DNA from: a bacterium
GTDB lineage: Bacteria; UBA8248; JACPRG01; G963555815
Assembly (NCBI GenBank): GCA_965218795.1
Contig: OZ244653.1
Span: 3,744,001 to 3,808,000, forward strand
Direction of reading: 5' to 3'
DNA: 64,000 nt
Below the pieces are notes generated by a model, which was not told the origin of the DNA, ran no database searches, and worked only from the letters and a program-made list of their open reading frames with translations. Position numbers and translations under genes: made by a program. Positions 1 through 10,047 of this stretch are shown piece after piece (position 1 is the first letter of the stretch; every line of letters begins with the position of its first letter).

Positions 1-71
1 ACGAGCTTCTCGTAGAAATCCTTGACCTCTCCTGTCGCTTCTTCCGGCTCGATTTGACGGATGTACGCCAT
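1..71 (-). CDS. AhpD/carboxymuconolactone decarboxylase-like protein, N-terminus only (runs off window)
   Basis: Manual translation MAYIRQIEPEEATGEVKDFYEKL, a typical CMD/peroxidase-related N-terminus; strong AAGGAGG RBS; directly downstream of the XDH gene. Confidence 0.6.
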   Translation of the reverse strand, partial: MAYIRQIEPEEATGEVKDFYEKL

Positions 72-122
72 GGCGGCCTCCTTTGCATGAGTTGAACATC
101 GGCTTCCCGTTTCGGGAAGCGG

Positions 123-2411
123 TCACGGTCTTTCGCCCATGGCGGCGAGAACCCGTTCCGGCGTCATCGGAAGCCGCCGCACCCTGGCGCCCACGGCGTT
201 GTAGACCGCGTTGGCCACGGCGCCCGCCGTGGGGTTGATGGCCGTCTCGGCCACGCCTTTGCCGCCGAAGGGACCCAGCGGGTCCATGGTTTCGACGAAG
301 ATGGGGTCGCATTCCGGCGCGTCCATGGAGGTCGGGATCAGGTAGCCTTCGAAGTTGTTGTTCACGACGACCCCGTCTTCCTTCTTGATCTCCTCCATGA
401 TGCCGAACCCGATCGACTGGGCCGCCCCGCCCTCGATCTGTCCTTCCGCGCCCAGCGGATTGATGGCCCGTCCAAGGTCGTGGGCGCAGGCGACGCGCTT
501 GACCGTCACCTCGCCCGTTTCCCGGTCCACCTCCACCTCCGCGGCGTGGGCGGCGAAGGAATAGGTCGGCGCCGTGTGGCCGTAGCGGGTCACGGGGTCG
601 AAGCTTTCGCCAGTGGAGACGTACAGGCTCTGCTCGGCGATCGGCTCCCCGCCCGTCTGCTCGATGACTTCGCCGAACGTGAGGGATCTGGCGGGCGCGC
701 CTTTCACGGAGACCCGGCCTTCCTCCGGGACGAGTTCCGACGGTTCGACCTCCAGCGCCTGCGCGGCGCGCTTGAGAAGCGTTTCCTTGGCCGACTGGGC
801 CGCGAGAAGGGTCGCGTGGCCGCCCATGAACGTGGCCCGGCTGGCATAGGTTCCCAGGCCGTAGGGGTGCCGGAAGGTGTCCACGTGGGGCACCTGGATG
901 CCCCGGTAATCCACCCCCAGCTCTTCGGCGGCGATGAGGGCCATGACCGTGGCCGCGCCTTCGCCCAGCTCCGCTTCGCCGGAGAGGACGCTGACCTCGC
1001 CGTCCGCGGCGATGACGACTTCGCCCTCCGCCTCGTCCTTTCCGTTCCGGAAGTGGGAGGCGTGGGTGCTGTTGCTGGTCACGTGGATGGTGCAGGCCAG
1101 GCCGACGCCGCGCAGCTTCGTCGATCCGTCGGGCGGGCCGCCGCCGTTCCGGTTGTCACGCCAGCCGATCGACGCCGCGGCCTTCTCCACGCACTCGCGG
1201 ATCCCGCAGGTCGAGATGCGCCAGCCGTGGACCGTCGTCTCGCCGGGTTCGGTGAAGTTCCGCATGCGCAGGTCGATCGGGTCCATCCCCAGGCCTTCGG
1301 CCGCCGTGTCCAGATGAGACTCCCAGCAGAAGCTGGCCTGAAGATTGCCGAAGCCGCGGAACTGGCCGGAGGGTTCGGTGTTGGTGTAGACCAGGCGGCC
1401 GGTCACGAGCACGTTGGGGGTCTTGTAGAGGGAGTCCGTCCGGACGGCCATGGAGGAGGCGATGGCCGGGGAGAACGAGCAGTAGGCGCCGTTGTCCGCG
1501 GTCACGTCGACGATTTTCCCGAGCAGCTTTCCGTCCTGGGCGAACGCGGACCGGATGTGGAACCGGGCCGGCATCCGGGGGCGCATGGTGGAGATGTCCT
1601 CCTCCTGCGACAGGAGGATCTGCACCGGCCGCTTCGCCTCCCGCGACAGGAAGGCGGCCAGGAGGAGGAGCTTCACGTCCAGTTTTCCCCCGAAGGCTCC
1701 GCCCGACCGCGTCTGGATCACCTGGATCCTGTCTTCCGGGAGCTGGAGTCCGGGGTTCAGCATATACTCCCGCACCGTGAAGGGAGACTGCAGGGGCCCC
1801 CACACGGTGACGGCGCCGTCGGCTTTCCAGTGGCCCATCACGCCGGTGGGCTCGATGTACGCCTGGTGGACCATGTGTGTCTGGAACGTCTCTTCGAAGG
1901 TCTTGTGGGCGCTCCGGAAGGCTTCCTTCACGTCGCCCCGTTCCACCTTGAAATCCGAGGCGAAGTTCTTTTTCCCTTCCTCATGGATGGCGGCCGCCCC
2001 CTCCGCCATTGCCTCTTCCGTCGTCAGGGAGACGGGCAGGGGCTCGTAATCCACGTCGATCAGGGAGAGGGCCTCGTCGGCGACCCGCGGCGTTTCCGCC
2101 GCCACGGCCGCGACCTCGTCCCCGACGAACCGGACCTTGTCGTGGCAGAAGGCCTGTTCGTCGGGCACGAAGATTCCCCACCGGACGGGCGGGGTGTTTT
2201 CGCGGGACACGACGCCCAGGACCCCCGGCAGGCGCTCGGCCTTGGAGGCGTCGATGGTACGGATCCGGGCGTGGGGGTGAGGGCTTCGAAGAACCCTTCC
2301 GTACGCCATGCCGGGCAGCTGGATGTCGGCCAGATACTCCGCGTCTCCCGTCGCCTTGATGGGGCTGTCGATGGCCGGAAGCCGCTTGCCTATCAATCGT
2401 TCTTGACTCAC
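123..2411 (-). CDS. Xanthine dehydrogenase family molybdopterin-binding (large) subunit
   Basis: 762 aa; KATGDAEY, LRSPHPHARI, GGAFGGK, FRGFG, GTYASR, GQIEGG, GGKGVAE motifs. Confidence 0.93.
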   Translation of the reverse strand: MSQERLIGKRLPAIDSPIKATGDAEYLADIQLPGMAYGRVLRSPHPHARIRTIDASKAERLPGVLGVVSRENTPPVRWGIFVPDEQAFCHDKVRFVGDEVAAVAAETPRVADEALSLIDVDYEPLPVSLTTEEAMAEGAAAIHEEGKKNFASDFKVERGDVKEAFRSAHKTFEETFQTHMVHQAYIEPTGVMGHWKADGAVTVWGPLQSPFTVREYMLNPGLQLPEDRIQVIQTRSGGAFGGKLDVKLLLLAAFLSREAKRPVQILLSQEEDISTMRPRMPARFHIRSAFAQDGKLLGKIVDVTADNGAYCSFSPAIASSMAVRTDSLYKTPNVLVTGRLVYTNTEPSGQFRGFGNLQASFCWESHLDTAAEGLGMDPIDLRMRNFTEPGETTVHGWRISTCGIRECVEKAAASIGWRDNRNGGGPPDGSTKLRGVGLACTIHVTSNSTHASHFRNGKDEAEGEVVIAADGEVSVLSGEAELGEGAATVMALIAAEELGVDYRGIQVPHVDTFRHPYGLGTYASRATFMGGHATLLAAQSAKETLLKRAAQALEVEPSELVPEEGRVSVKGAPARSLTFGEVIEQTGGEPIAEQSLYVSTGESFDPVTRYGHTAPTYSFAAHAAEVEVDRETGEVTVKRVACAHDLGRAINPLGAEGQIEGGAAQSIGFGIMEEIKKEDGVVVNNNFEGYLIPTSMDAPECDPIFVETMDPLGPFGGKGVAETAINPTAGAVANAVYNAVGARVRRLPMTPERVLAAMGERP

Positions 2412-2519
2412 GGAATGGGTCTCCTTAGGGGATCGTCGTTTTACGTCCAGAGGATATTATATGAGAAAGGGCGGGAAAAGGGGGAGGGGGATTGCTTCGG
2501 GACCGGGCGTATCCCGACC

Positions 2520-2960
2520 GCGCGGGTCTCAAGCGGGGAGCACGCGGGAATGACAATCCGAGGGCCTGCCCTCGAACGCCGCGCCGCCCCGCGGGCGCGC
2601 CGGTGGGGGAGTTGGTCGAATATGCCCGGCCGATACCCCACTTTCCCTCCACGGGAGAGGGGGTCCCGGAAACGTCGATGCCCTGCCCATGCAACGCCCG
2701 TGCACGCCCCTTGCACGGTGTTGCTTGCCGGGACCACCCGTCCGTTGTTCTTCCCTTGCGGGAGAATCGATGGAACCGCGGTTCCATCGGGATCCCCGCC
2801 CTTCAATCACTCCCCCCTTGAGGGGGAGTCGGCAAGGCGAGGGCGAAGTCCGAAGCCGAGCCGGTGGGGGGAGGGAAAGTCGAGGATGCGCGGTCGACCG
2901 GAAGAGAGGGGGGAGCGGGCGTGGGCTTGCGGGTTTTCCCCGCGCCGCTGGTGGGAGGGC
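2520..2960. repeat. Mosaic palindromic intergenic repeat cluster
   Basis: CGCGGGAATGAC and CACTCCCCCCTTGAGGGGGAGT hairpins; long blocks shared with 7790-8050 and 12290-12350. Confidence 0.8.
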
Positions 2961-2966
2961 AGCCGC

Positions 2967-3173
2967 CTAATTCGCCGTGGCCCGCCCCGTGCGCGCGATG
3001 AGCTCCTTCAGAGCCGTCATCGACTCGGCGTGAGCCGCCATCGTCTCGCCGTGGCGTCTTTCGCCTTCCTGGTTCCGGCGTTCGCTCGTCACCAGCATGG
3101 TCCGCAGCCCATAGGCGATCAGCGCGCATTGAAGGATGCCGATGAGCGAAGCGATCCATTCGTACATCGTCAT
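2967..3173 (-). CDS. Small membrane-anchored His/Met-rich protein, copy 1 (68 aa)
   Basis: MTMYEWIASLIGILQCALIAYGL hydrophobic N-terminus; GAGGAG RBS; two more paralogs in the window with in-frame indels only. Confidence 0.75.
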   Translation of the reverse strand: MTMYEWIASLIGILQCALIAYGLRTMLVTSERRNQEGERRHGETMAAHAESMTALKELIARTGRATAN

Positions 3174-3669
3174 CTCATTCTCTCCTCGCCGGCGTCCATT
3201 CGCCGCCATTGACTCACTGACAATATATGACGTTTTCATGGCTCATCAACAGGCCGTTCCCTTTTTCAGGGGTGTCGGGCCGTGCACGCGTCCGTCATTC
3301 TTTCTGGATTCCCGTCTTCGCGGTAACGACAAGCAGAGGGCCCGCCCTCGAACCCCGCGCCGCCCATCACTCCCCCTTAGAGAAGGGATCGGCAAAAGCG
3401 CCGTGCACCGATGCGGCCCCTTCGGACATCTTCCCCCCCTTGAGGAGGAGGGAGCAGTTCCCGGAAACGTCGATGAACGGCGTCGAGCTGACCGCCGTCA
3501 TGGCCGGCGCGATGGGTTTCAAGGCGAACGCATCGGCGGAGATACCGGAAATGGAGGGAGATGCGCCGTTCGGGTGCAAGGCTCCCCCGGTTTGTCTTGG
3601 AGTCGAGCGGAACGGATTGCGCAAACCATGGGCTTGTCACGGGAATGTGGTAGAGTGCATCCGGGCGAA

Positions 3670-4070
3670 AGCGGATAGCGCTTGTCCCGGCGAAGCCGTC
3701 CAGGTCGTTGATTTCACCTGCCGTCGCGGCTTCAATCCGACCGGCGGATTGGAGGCCGTGCGGCGGCGCGCCGGCGCGCGATGCAGCGGCCAGGGACTGT
3801 CAGGCTGCGATCACGTTCACCGAACCCGGCGCACCGGATCAATCCAGGCTGACGATCGCCGTTCCAAAGGGCATGCTCACCGACCTCTGCTCGGTTCCGC
3901 GCCCCGTATGGCGGATTGTCAATCGTGTCGGTCCGCGTCTCGAAGCGATCATGTTCCACGACCGGTTGTACGTCGCCCGGCGGGTGGAAAAGATCGGGCC
4001 GACCGGTCTTCGGTTTTCCGCGCATGCGTCGACGTGCTGCACGCGGCGGAAGGGAAGCGCGAAGGGGTAG
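3670..4070 (+). pseudogene. DUF1353-family protein remnant
   Basis: TIAVPKGMLTDLCSVPR...VGPRLEAIMFHDRLY resembles the DUF1353 VPxGxxTDxxSVPR...HDxLY motif; no clean start, apparent frameshifts. Confidence 0.6.
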
Positions 4071-4184
4071 GTAGTCTTGGAAACTCCCATTCGGCCTGGG
4101 ACTCCCGCGGGAGGCGCCTTTTCCGCGCGCGGGATCGGCGAGCTCCAACGAAATCTGGTCCGCCGCGGCAAGAGGAACCAGAAA

Positions 4185-5732
4185 ATGGCGGGGTTCTACC
4201 TCGTCCTCGTTTTCGTCGTGTTGGCTGTCGGTCTCTGGGGTATCGTCGAGGCGCCCGGCTACATCAAGAGCGAGCGCGAGAGACTGCAATCCAGGACGCA
4301 GAGCCTCGTCATTGGTTCCAACATAAAGAGAATCGAGGAGATCAACCGGGGATTAGGGGAGATCAACCGGGAATTTGAGGAAGCCAACCGGGTATTGGAA
4401 GAATTGGACAGGTCCCGGATGCTCGGCGGCGCGGCTCTCGCCGCCGACGGTCGCCGGGGCATCGCGGTGGGAGCCGGCGGCGCCGTGTTCACCACCGCGG
4501 GCGGCGCGGCCCGATGGACCCGGAGTACGAGCAATACGACATCTTTCCTTTACGGCGCGGCTCTCGCCGCCGACGGTCGTCGGGGCATCGCGGCGGGAGC
4601 CGGCGGCGCCGTGCTCACGACCGCGGACGGCGGCGTCCGCTGGACCCCGAGGAAGAGCGGTACAGGTCTTCGCCTTGTCGGCGTGGCCCTCGCTGCTGAC
4701 GGCCGTCGGGGCATCGCGGTGGGAGATCGCGGCACCGTGCTCACCACCGGAGACGGCGGCGCAAGCTGGATCCCGAGGAAGAGCTATATGACGTCTTTCC
4801 TGTTCGGCGTGGCCCTCGCCGCCGACGGTCATCGGGGCGTCGCGGTGGGAGATCGCGGCACCGTGCTCACCACCGGAGACGGCGGCGCAAGCTGGATCCC
4901 GAGGACGCGCAAGACAGGTCTTCGCCTTGTCGGCGTGGCCCTCGCCGCCGACGGTCGTCGGGGCATCGCGGTGGGCGATCGCGGCGCCGTGCTCACCACC
5001 GGAAACAGCGGCTCCACCTGGACCCGGAGGAAGAGCAGGACGACATCTTTCCTTTACGGCGTGGCCCTCGCCGCCGACGGTCGTCACGGCGTCGCGGTGG
5101 GAGCCGGCGGCGCCGTGCTCACCACCGGAGACGGCGGCAAGAGCTGGACCCCGAGGACGAGCAATACGGGTCTTCGCCTTTACGGCGTGGCCCTCGCCGC
5201 CGACGGTCGTCGGGGCATCGCGGTGGGCGATCGCGGCACCGTGCTCACCACCGCGGACGGCGGCGTCAGCTGGATGTACGTCCGGAAAGCGGTTGCAGCG
5301 AAACGCAAGCTCGTCCTCGCCGAAAAAAGTTTCTTCCTCAACGAGAGAGAACGGCTCGTCCGGGAAAACCGCGAGCTGGAAACCGGCCGTGCGACACGGC
5401 CGTCCGACAAGGGGAAGGACACGGGCATGGATGACGGGTCGGAAAAAGACCGATGGGATGATCTGATGACGACAGCCTCCTGGCGTTTGTCTGTTCTGGG
5501 CCTGGCCCTGTTCATCATCTGGATACTGGCCCGTCTCAACCGCTACAACAGGCGCCTTGCAGCGTTCTACTTTGCGCGCGCCGATCTGCTCCTGATGCTG
5601 CGCGCCGAGCCCGATTCGGTTCCGCTTGACGTCGTGGAACGCCTGATGTCGATGCTTGCTCCGGACCACTTGGACTTCGGCAGGAGGCCCAAGGCCGTCG
5701 CTCGACACGCTATGGGGTCGGCGCGGAAATGA
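4185..5732 (+). CDS. YCF48/BNR (Asp-box) beta-propeller repeat membrane protein
   Basis: N-terminal TM, coiled coil, about seven 42-aa repeats (LxGVALAADGRRGIAVGDRGTVLTTxDGGxSW), C-terminal TM. Start uncertain (ORF open from 4077). Confidence 0.8.
   Translation: MAGFYLVLVFVVLAVGLWGIVEAPGYIKSERERLQSRTQSLVIGSNIKRIEEINRGLGEINREFEEANRVLEELDRSRMLGGAALAADGRRGIAVGAGGAVFTTAGGAARWTRSTSNTTSFLYGAALAADGRRGIAAGAGGAVLTTADGGVRWTPRKSGTGLRLVGVALAADGRRGIAVGDRGTVLTTGDGGASWIPRKSYMTSFLFGVALAADGHRGVAVGDRGTVLTTGDGGASWIPRTRKTGLRLVGVALAADGRRGIAVGDRGAVLTTGNSGSTWTRRKSRTTSFLYGVALAADGRHGVAVGAGGAVLTTGDGGKSWTPRTSNTGLRLYGVALAADGRRGIAVGDRGTVLTTADGGVSWMYVRKAVAAKRKLVLAEKSFFLNERERLVRENRELETGRATRPSDKGKDTGMDDGSEKDRWDDLMTTASWRLSVLGLALFIIWILARLNRYNRRLAAFYFARADLLLMLRAEPDSVPLDVVERLMSMLAPDHLDFGRRPKAVARHAMGSARK
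4420..5280 (+). repeat. Intragenic 126-bp tandem repeat, about 7 copies
   Basis: Near-identical GGCGTGGCCCTCGCCGCCGACGGTCGTCGGGGCATCGCGGTGGG blocks every 126 bp. Confidence 0.9.
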
Positions 5733-6054
5733 TCGGTCGGCCGCGGTCCTCGAAACCGCGGCGCCTGACGGCATCGGCAGATCCGGCGGCGCCGGCCGGC
5801 CGTTTCTCTCGCCCGCGCCCGAGCCCCGGAATCGTTCCTCCCCGTTGAGAAGGGATAAGCGAAAGCCCCGTCCATTGATGCGGCCCCTTCCATCACTCCC
5901 CCCTGCCTGTTAGCGCACCGTCGGATTGGACTTTGACAAGCCGCTCACCAGCCCTGCGAAAGGAATCCCTTGGACCGTCAAAGACGGCTTCTTATCCCCG
6001 CTTATCGGATTTCCTTGGGCTTTCGGTAGAATTTGTCCGTGGGTTGGCGATTGA

Positions 6055-6345
6055 CTAGATGGCGCCTTGCTCTTCGAGCTGCCGTTCGTACTGGTCGCGG
6101 GAAAGCGGGCATTTCACGAGATCCTCGAATTCCTGTTTTGCGAGCTTGCACTGTCTCGCCATTGTGCTGACTAGCGCGGAACCGATATCCCTGTGCTTGG
6201 CGCCGTGAGATGTCTTTGTGAATACTTTCGTTTTCTTCCCTTCTTCTTCTGTGAAGTAGATAAAGAAGTTGTGGTTTCCTTTCTCTTTCCGTCGAAACCC
6301 TTTCTTCTCAAGCGCGGCTTCGACGTCACGCCGCTTAAGCGCCAT
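6055..6345 (-). CDS. HicA-like (dsRBD fold) putative toxin
   Basis: 96 aa, basic: LEKKGFRRKEKGNHNFF...SHG..DIGSALVSTMARQC, matching the HicA pattern; overlaps the upstream gene stop. Confidence 0.65.
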   Translation of the reverse strand: MALKRRDVEAALEKKGFRRKEKGNHNFFIYFTEEEGKKTKVFTKTSHGAKHRDIGSALVSTMARQCKLAKQEFEDLVKCPLSRDQYERQLEEQGAI

Positions 6346-7417
6346 CGCACACGTCTCGAATTCGCTCCCGAAGTTCGTCTCGCATCTGCTGCGCCTGAGG
6401 CGACAAGCGCTGCGGTTGCCCCTGACCGTACTCGGTCCACAGCATCGCCAATGTCTCGTCGAGCGCGTCTTCGAGTTCAGGGCGGGCCTCGGCGGACAGG
6501 GTAACGTCGAAGTCACCCTCAAGGTTGTAGAGATGATCCTCCCGATTGAAGGAGACCTCGAAGCGTAGCGGCGGATCCGCCCGGTAGCGAGTGTTGGAGA
6601 CAGTCAGTTCACGGATTTCGATCGGGCTCTCGTCGACTGCGATGATCTCGTCCACCTCGGCGAGTGAAGTTGGTATTCCTTGATCATCATAGGTCACATC
6701 GCCGTGCACCTGGATCAAATCGCGCGGATGATCGAGCAAAACCGGCTCGAAGTCGTCACCGTAGGTCGCGTCGAGTCCGCGGCCGTTCAGCAGCTTGAGT
6801 TGCAACCGCCGCTCTTCGAAGTGCATGCGGACCAGGGTGCCGGTCACGTAAGCCAGCGTATTGTCACCATTCGCACCGACTAGACTCCTATCGAGTTCAG
6901 TGAAAGAGTGCTCAATCTTGGATCCGTCGAGGAGTTTCCTGTGCTCGCTGTCCTCGATCGAAAACACCAACCCGAATCGTTTCGGCGGCTGGGCCGCCTT
7001 GAACGATTCGAGCAGTGATTTCCGGTAAGCGCCGTCTGGCACCACACGGCGCAGCCGGTCTAGACTTCCTTGGGCTATCGCTTGGGTGACCTCATGAAAC
7101 GCGCGGCTCACCTTCTTGATTTCACCATCGTCGAATAGATCATTCTCCGACGCGGAAAGATCGCCAATCTCGGCCGCCAAGGCATAGCTGCCTTCCTCCG
7201 GCACCTTACACACCAGAGCAAAACGCTTTTCGAGGTCGTGCGAGGGCCGTGCTCGTTGTCTGAACTCGTCGCCCCGATGAAACTTGGCCAACAGGTAGAT
7301 AATCTGTTGCACCTGCCGAAGGGACTCCACGAGCACACGCGCCGGCACCATGTGAGCAGGGCTGCCGACACTTTCGAAATGTAGGCGAATCTTACGCTGG
7401 TTGTCGGGATCGGACAT
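6335..7417 (-). CDS. Hypothetical protein with possible C-terminal HicB-like segment
   Basis: 360 aa; acidic C-terminus (LSAEARPELEDALDETLAMLWTEY) resembles HicB; translationally coupled to the HicA-like gene. Confidence 0.6.
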   Translation of the reverse strand: MSDPDNQRKIRLHFESVGSPAHMVPARVLVESLRQVQQIIYLLAKFHRGDEFRQRARPSHDLEKRFALVCKVPEEGSYALAAEIGDLSASENDLFDDGEIKKVSRAFHEVTQAIAQGSLDRLRRVVPDGAYRKSLLESFKAAQPPKRFGLVFSIEDSEHRKLLDGSKIEHSFTELDRSLVGANGDNTLAYVTGTLVRMHFEERRLQLKLLNGRGLDATYGDDFEPVLLDHPRDLIQVHGDVTYDDQGIPTSLAEVDEIIAVDESPIEIRELTVSNTRYRADPPLRFEVSFNREDHLYNLEGDFDVTLSAEARPELEDALDETLAMLWTEYGQGQPQRLSPQAQQMRDELRERIRDVCDGA

Positions 7418-7552
7418 GGTTCGACCCATTCTTGGGTTGCCCTACCTCACCGTCCGGGTGCGCTGGTTGAGCCCGAACCCCGCGCCGCGGGTCCGTTTCA
7501 ATGGCGAGACGACAGGCAGAGAGAAGGGAAGAAATACTTCCCCCGGCAGGCC

Positions 7553-7636
7553 GCTCCTGTGGGGGAAACGGTAAACGCACCGGCTTTGGAAGCCGGCGGC
7601 CTTCAAGCCTTGCGGGTTCGAGTCCCTCCAAGGGTA
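7553..7636 (+). tRNA. Degenerate type II (long variable arm) tRNA, anticodon TGG; probable pseudo-tRNA
   Basis: GCTCCTG TG GGGGAAACGGTAAACGC A CCGGC-TTTGGAA-GCCGG, long variable arm, GCGGG-TTCGAGT-CCCTC, CAAGGGT A; mismatches in acceptor, D and T stems; no CCA. Confidence 0.65.
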
Positions 7637-7784
7637 GTATGGATTGCCTTACATGGAAAAAAGAATATTGGACTGGCTCGCGGCATGTCAACCTCTTGCC
7701 TTCGCTCCCCTGGCCGTCCGCGCAGTGGTATGGACCCCTGGTGAGGGCTCTCGGGGACAAGCTTCAATCAAGGGGCCGGGATCC

Positions 7785-8060
7785 ATTTCCTGGATTCCCG
7801 CGTGCGCGGGAATGACCGTCTGAGGGCCTGTCCTCGAACGCCGCGCCGCCCATCAAAATCCCCGTCCGTCGATGCACCGCCGTTGCAAGGCCCGTGCATG
7901 CCCCTTGCACGGTGTCGCCGGCCGGCAACCCGTCGATCATTCCTGCCTTGAAGAAGAATCGATGGAACCCCGGCCCAATCGGGATCCCCGCCCTTCAATC
8001 ACTCCCCCCTTGAGGGGGAGTCGGCAAGGCGCGGCCGAGCCGGTGGGGGGAGTGGTCGAA
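7785..8060. repeat. Mosaic palindromic repeat cluster
   Basis: CTGGATTCCCGCGTGCGCGGGAATGAC plus the CTCCCCCCTTGAGGGGGAG hairpin; homologous to 2540-2870. Confidence 0.8.
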
Positions 8061-8116
8061 GACGCGCGGTCCACGCCCGCCCGTTTCAGCTTCTTTTTTC
8101 CGGGGATTCTCGAAGC

Positions 8117-9502
8117 CTAGAACTGGCGGACGAAACGCAGCTCGGCCCGGGTGCGCTTGTAGTCGTACAGCTGGGCGTTGGATGCGCGTTCCTCGTTCAC
8201 CACCACGAGCTGCGGGCTGAACCCGAAGACCGTGAAAACGCGGTTGAACACCGAGGCCTGCACGATCCGGGTCCGGTCCTCCCGGGACGAGTCGTCCGTC
8301 GTGAACGGGAACCACCCGCCTTCGTATTGCGTCCAGCGCATCTCGCCGCTGCCGCCCACCGTGAAGCCGTAAGGCAGGGCGATGGAGGCCCCGAGCCGCG
8401 CCCAGCCGGTCTTGTTGCGCCAGGGCTGCGACTCCGTGCGTTCGCGCCCGTAGCCCACCGTGGCGTGGGTCCGGATCGTGGACGTGGCCAGCCAGGCGCC
8501 GCCCAGCGAGGCGGCCAGGCTCGAGCCGTCCAGGTGCTCCCTTTCCTCGTACGTCCGCTCGTGCCAGGAGGCCCGCCCCCGGGCCGTCAGTTTTCGGGTG
8601 AAGCGGTGATTGACCTCGAGGCGGGCGCCGAGCGCAGTGTCGTTGTGTGCATCGTTGTCGACTACACTGTCCTGGATCTTGCCGCCGGTCCAGCGCCGGC
8701 GGGCGCTGCCGAGCAGGCTGAGTTCCGTGGCCGGGCCGGCCCTCCAGCGCGGCCCGGCGTGCAGCGAGACGAACATCTGATCGAATTCGTTGCCCTCGTA
8801 TTCCCGGCGGGACACGTCCGCGCCCAGGCGCAGCCCCAGGCGCTTGCCCAGCGGATGCTGGTATTCGCCGCCGCCCCACAGGATGAGCCCCACCCCCGAG
8901 CTTTCTCCTTCGAACGCGTTGCGGCGGAAGGGCAGGTCGTGGATGTAGATGATCTCCGAGTCCGAGACCGCGCTGATGTTGGTGTCCGGCGCGATCGAGA
9001 AGCCGAAATAAGTGCGCCAGCGCCGGCGCGCCCGCATCGCCGTCAGGAAACGCCGGACATTCTTGGCCACCAAGGGCGGCGGCTTCCCCGCCAGCACGCG
9101 CTCGAAATGCTCCCGGGACAGGCCGTCCTCGCGTTTGAAGAAGAACGCCCGGGCCAGCTCCAGGCGCACGCGCACCAGGCCGGGACGGTTGATCAGGATG
9201 GCGCGCAGCGCCGCGATCGCCTCGTCCAGCAGGGTGGTCTTTTCCTTCTCCTTGCCTGCCGGCAGACGCCTGGACGCCTCGATGGCCGACAGGCCGACGA
9301 GAAACAGAACCTCCGTCCTGTCCCGATGGCCCTTGGCCAGCGGGCGCAGGATGCGCAGCGCCTCGATATGGCGGCGTTGTTTCATCAGGGCCCGCGCGTT
9401 TTCTACCCGGGGGTCTTTGGAAACATGAGAGCGGGCCTGGGCGTCCGGGGCCGGGACGTGGAAGAGGAGGATGAGCACGAAGGCGAGGATCGATTTTCTC
9501 AT
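8117..9502 (-). CDS. Surface lipoprotein assembly modifier (Slam / DUF560-type TPR + beta-barrel outer-membrane protein)
   Basis: Signal peptide; TPR with RVRLELARAFF; APDTNI barrel start; alternating beta-strands; ends SNAQLYDYKRTRAELRFVRQF with terminal Phe. Confidence 0.85.
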   Translation of the reverse strand: MRKSILAFVLILLFHVPAPDAQARSHVSKDPRVENARALMKQRRHIEALRILRPLAKGHRDRTEVLFLVGLSAIEASRRLPAGKEKEKTTLLDEAIAALRAILINRPGLVRVRLELARAFFFKREDGLSREHFERVLAGKPPPLVAKNVRRFLTAMRARRRWRTYFGFSIAPDTNISAVSDSEIIYIHDLPFRRNAFEGESSGVGLILWGGGEYQHPLGKRLGLRLGADVSRREYEGNEFDQMFVSLHAGPRWRAGPATELSLLGSARRRWTGGKIQDSVVDNDAHNDTALGARLEVNHRFTRKLTARGRASWHERTYEEREHLDGSSLAASLGGAWLATSTIRTHATVGYGRERTESQPWRNKTGWARLGASIALPYGFTVGGSGEMRWTQYEGGWFPFTTDDSSREDRTRIVQASVFNRVFTVFGFSPQLVVVNEERASNAQLYDYKRTRAELRFVRQF

Positions 9503-9560
9503 GGATGATGTTTTCTCATGGACGATGGACGGAAAAGGAGGGCGGCCGCGCGGCCGATGT

Positions 9561-10047
9561 CCTGAATCTTCCTCATCTTTTCAGAAACCGGCCGTGTTTT
9601 CAAGTCCGTTCAAATCCCTGGTTACGGCCCGTTAACCCCCGATTTACGGGCCTTTTTCCATGATGGCGATGATATGCCCGACGCGCGCCGTCGCGGAGGA
9701 TGGCGAATTCCCGATCCCCTGGTTCCCGCCCGCCCCGCCTGGCGTGCAGCCGTTGCCGGTCGGTGCACACGCCCGTCATTCCCACGGAGGCAACCGGAGC
9801 CTGTCACCCCGGCAGGCTTCAGGCCGGGGTCCACTTTCTGGATTCCCGCGTGCGCGGGAATGACAAGCAGAGGCCCTGCCCTCGAACGGTCATCCCCGAA
9901 GGTGGTAGTCGGGGGGTCCAGGGGCAGAAACCGCCCCATCCCCCATCCCGTTTTACCCCTGCAACACCCGTCCGTCATTCCTGCGTGCTTCAGGCAGGAA
10001 TCCAGGAAAAACGCCAAGGGTGTATGAGGCATTGTTGGACCCCCGCC
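9561..10047. repeat. 487-bp direct repeat, copy 1
   Basis: Near-identical to 12917-13403 (offset 3356); identical spurious ORFs appear in the ORF track. Confidence 0.95.

Noticed and set aside
480-3212. 910-aa plus-strand ORF, and similar long ORFs at 34188-36593, 59939-61972, 23250-24926, 38869-40131, 20421-21815
   Set aside because: Antisense shadows of real high-GC genes, with no recognisable motifs.
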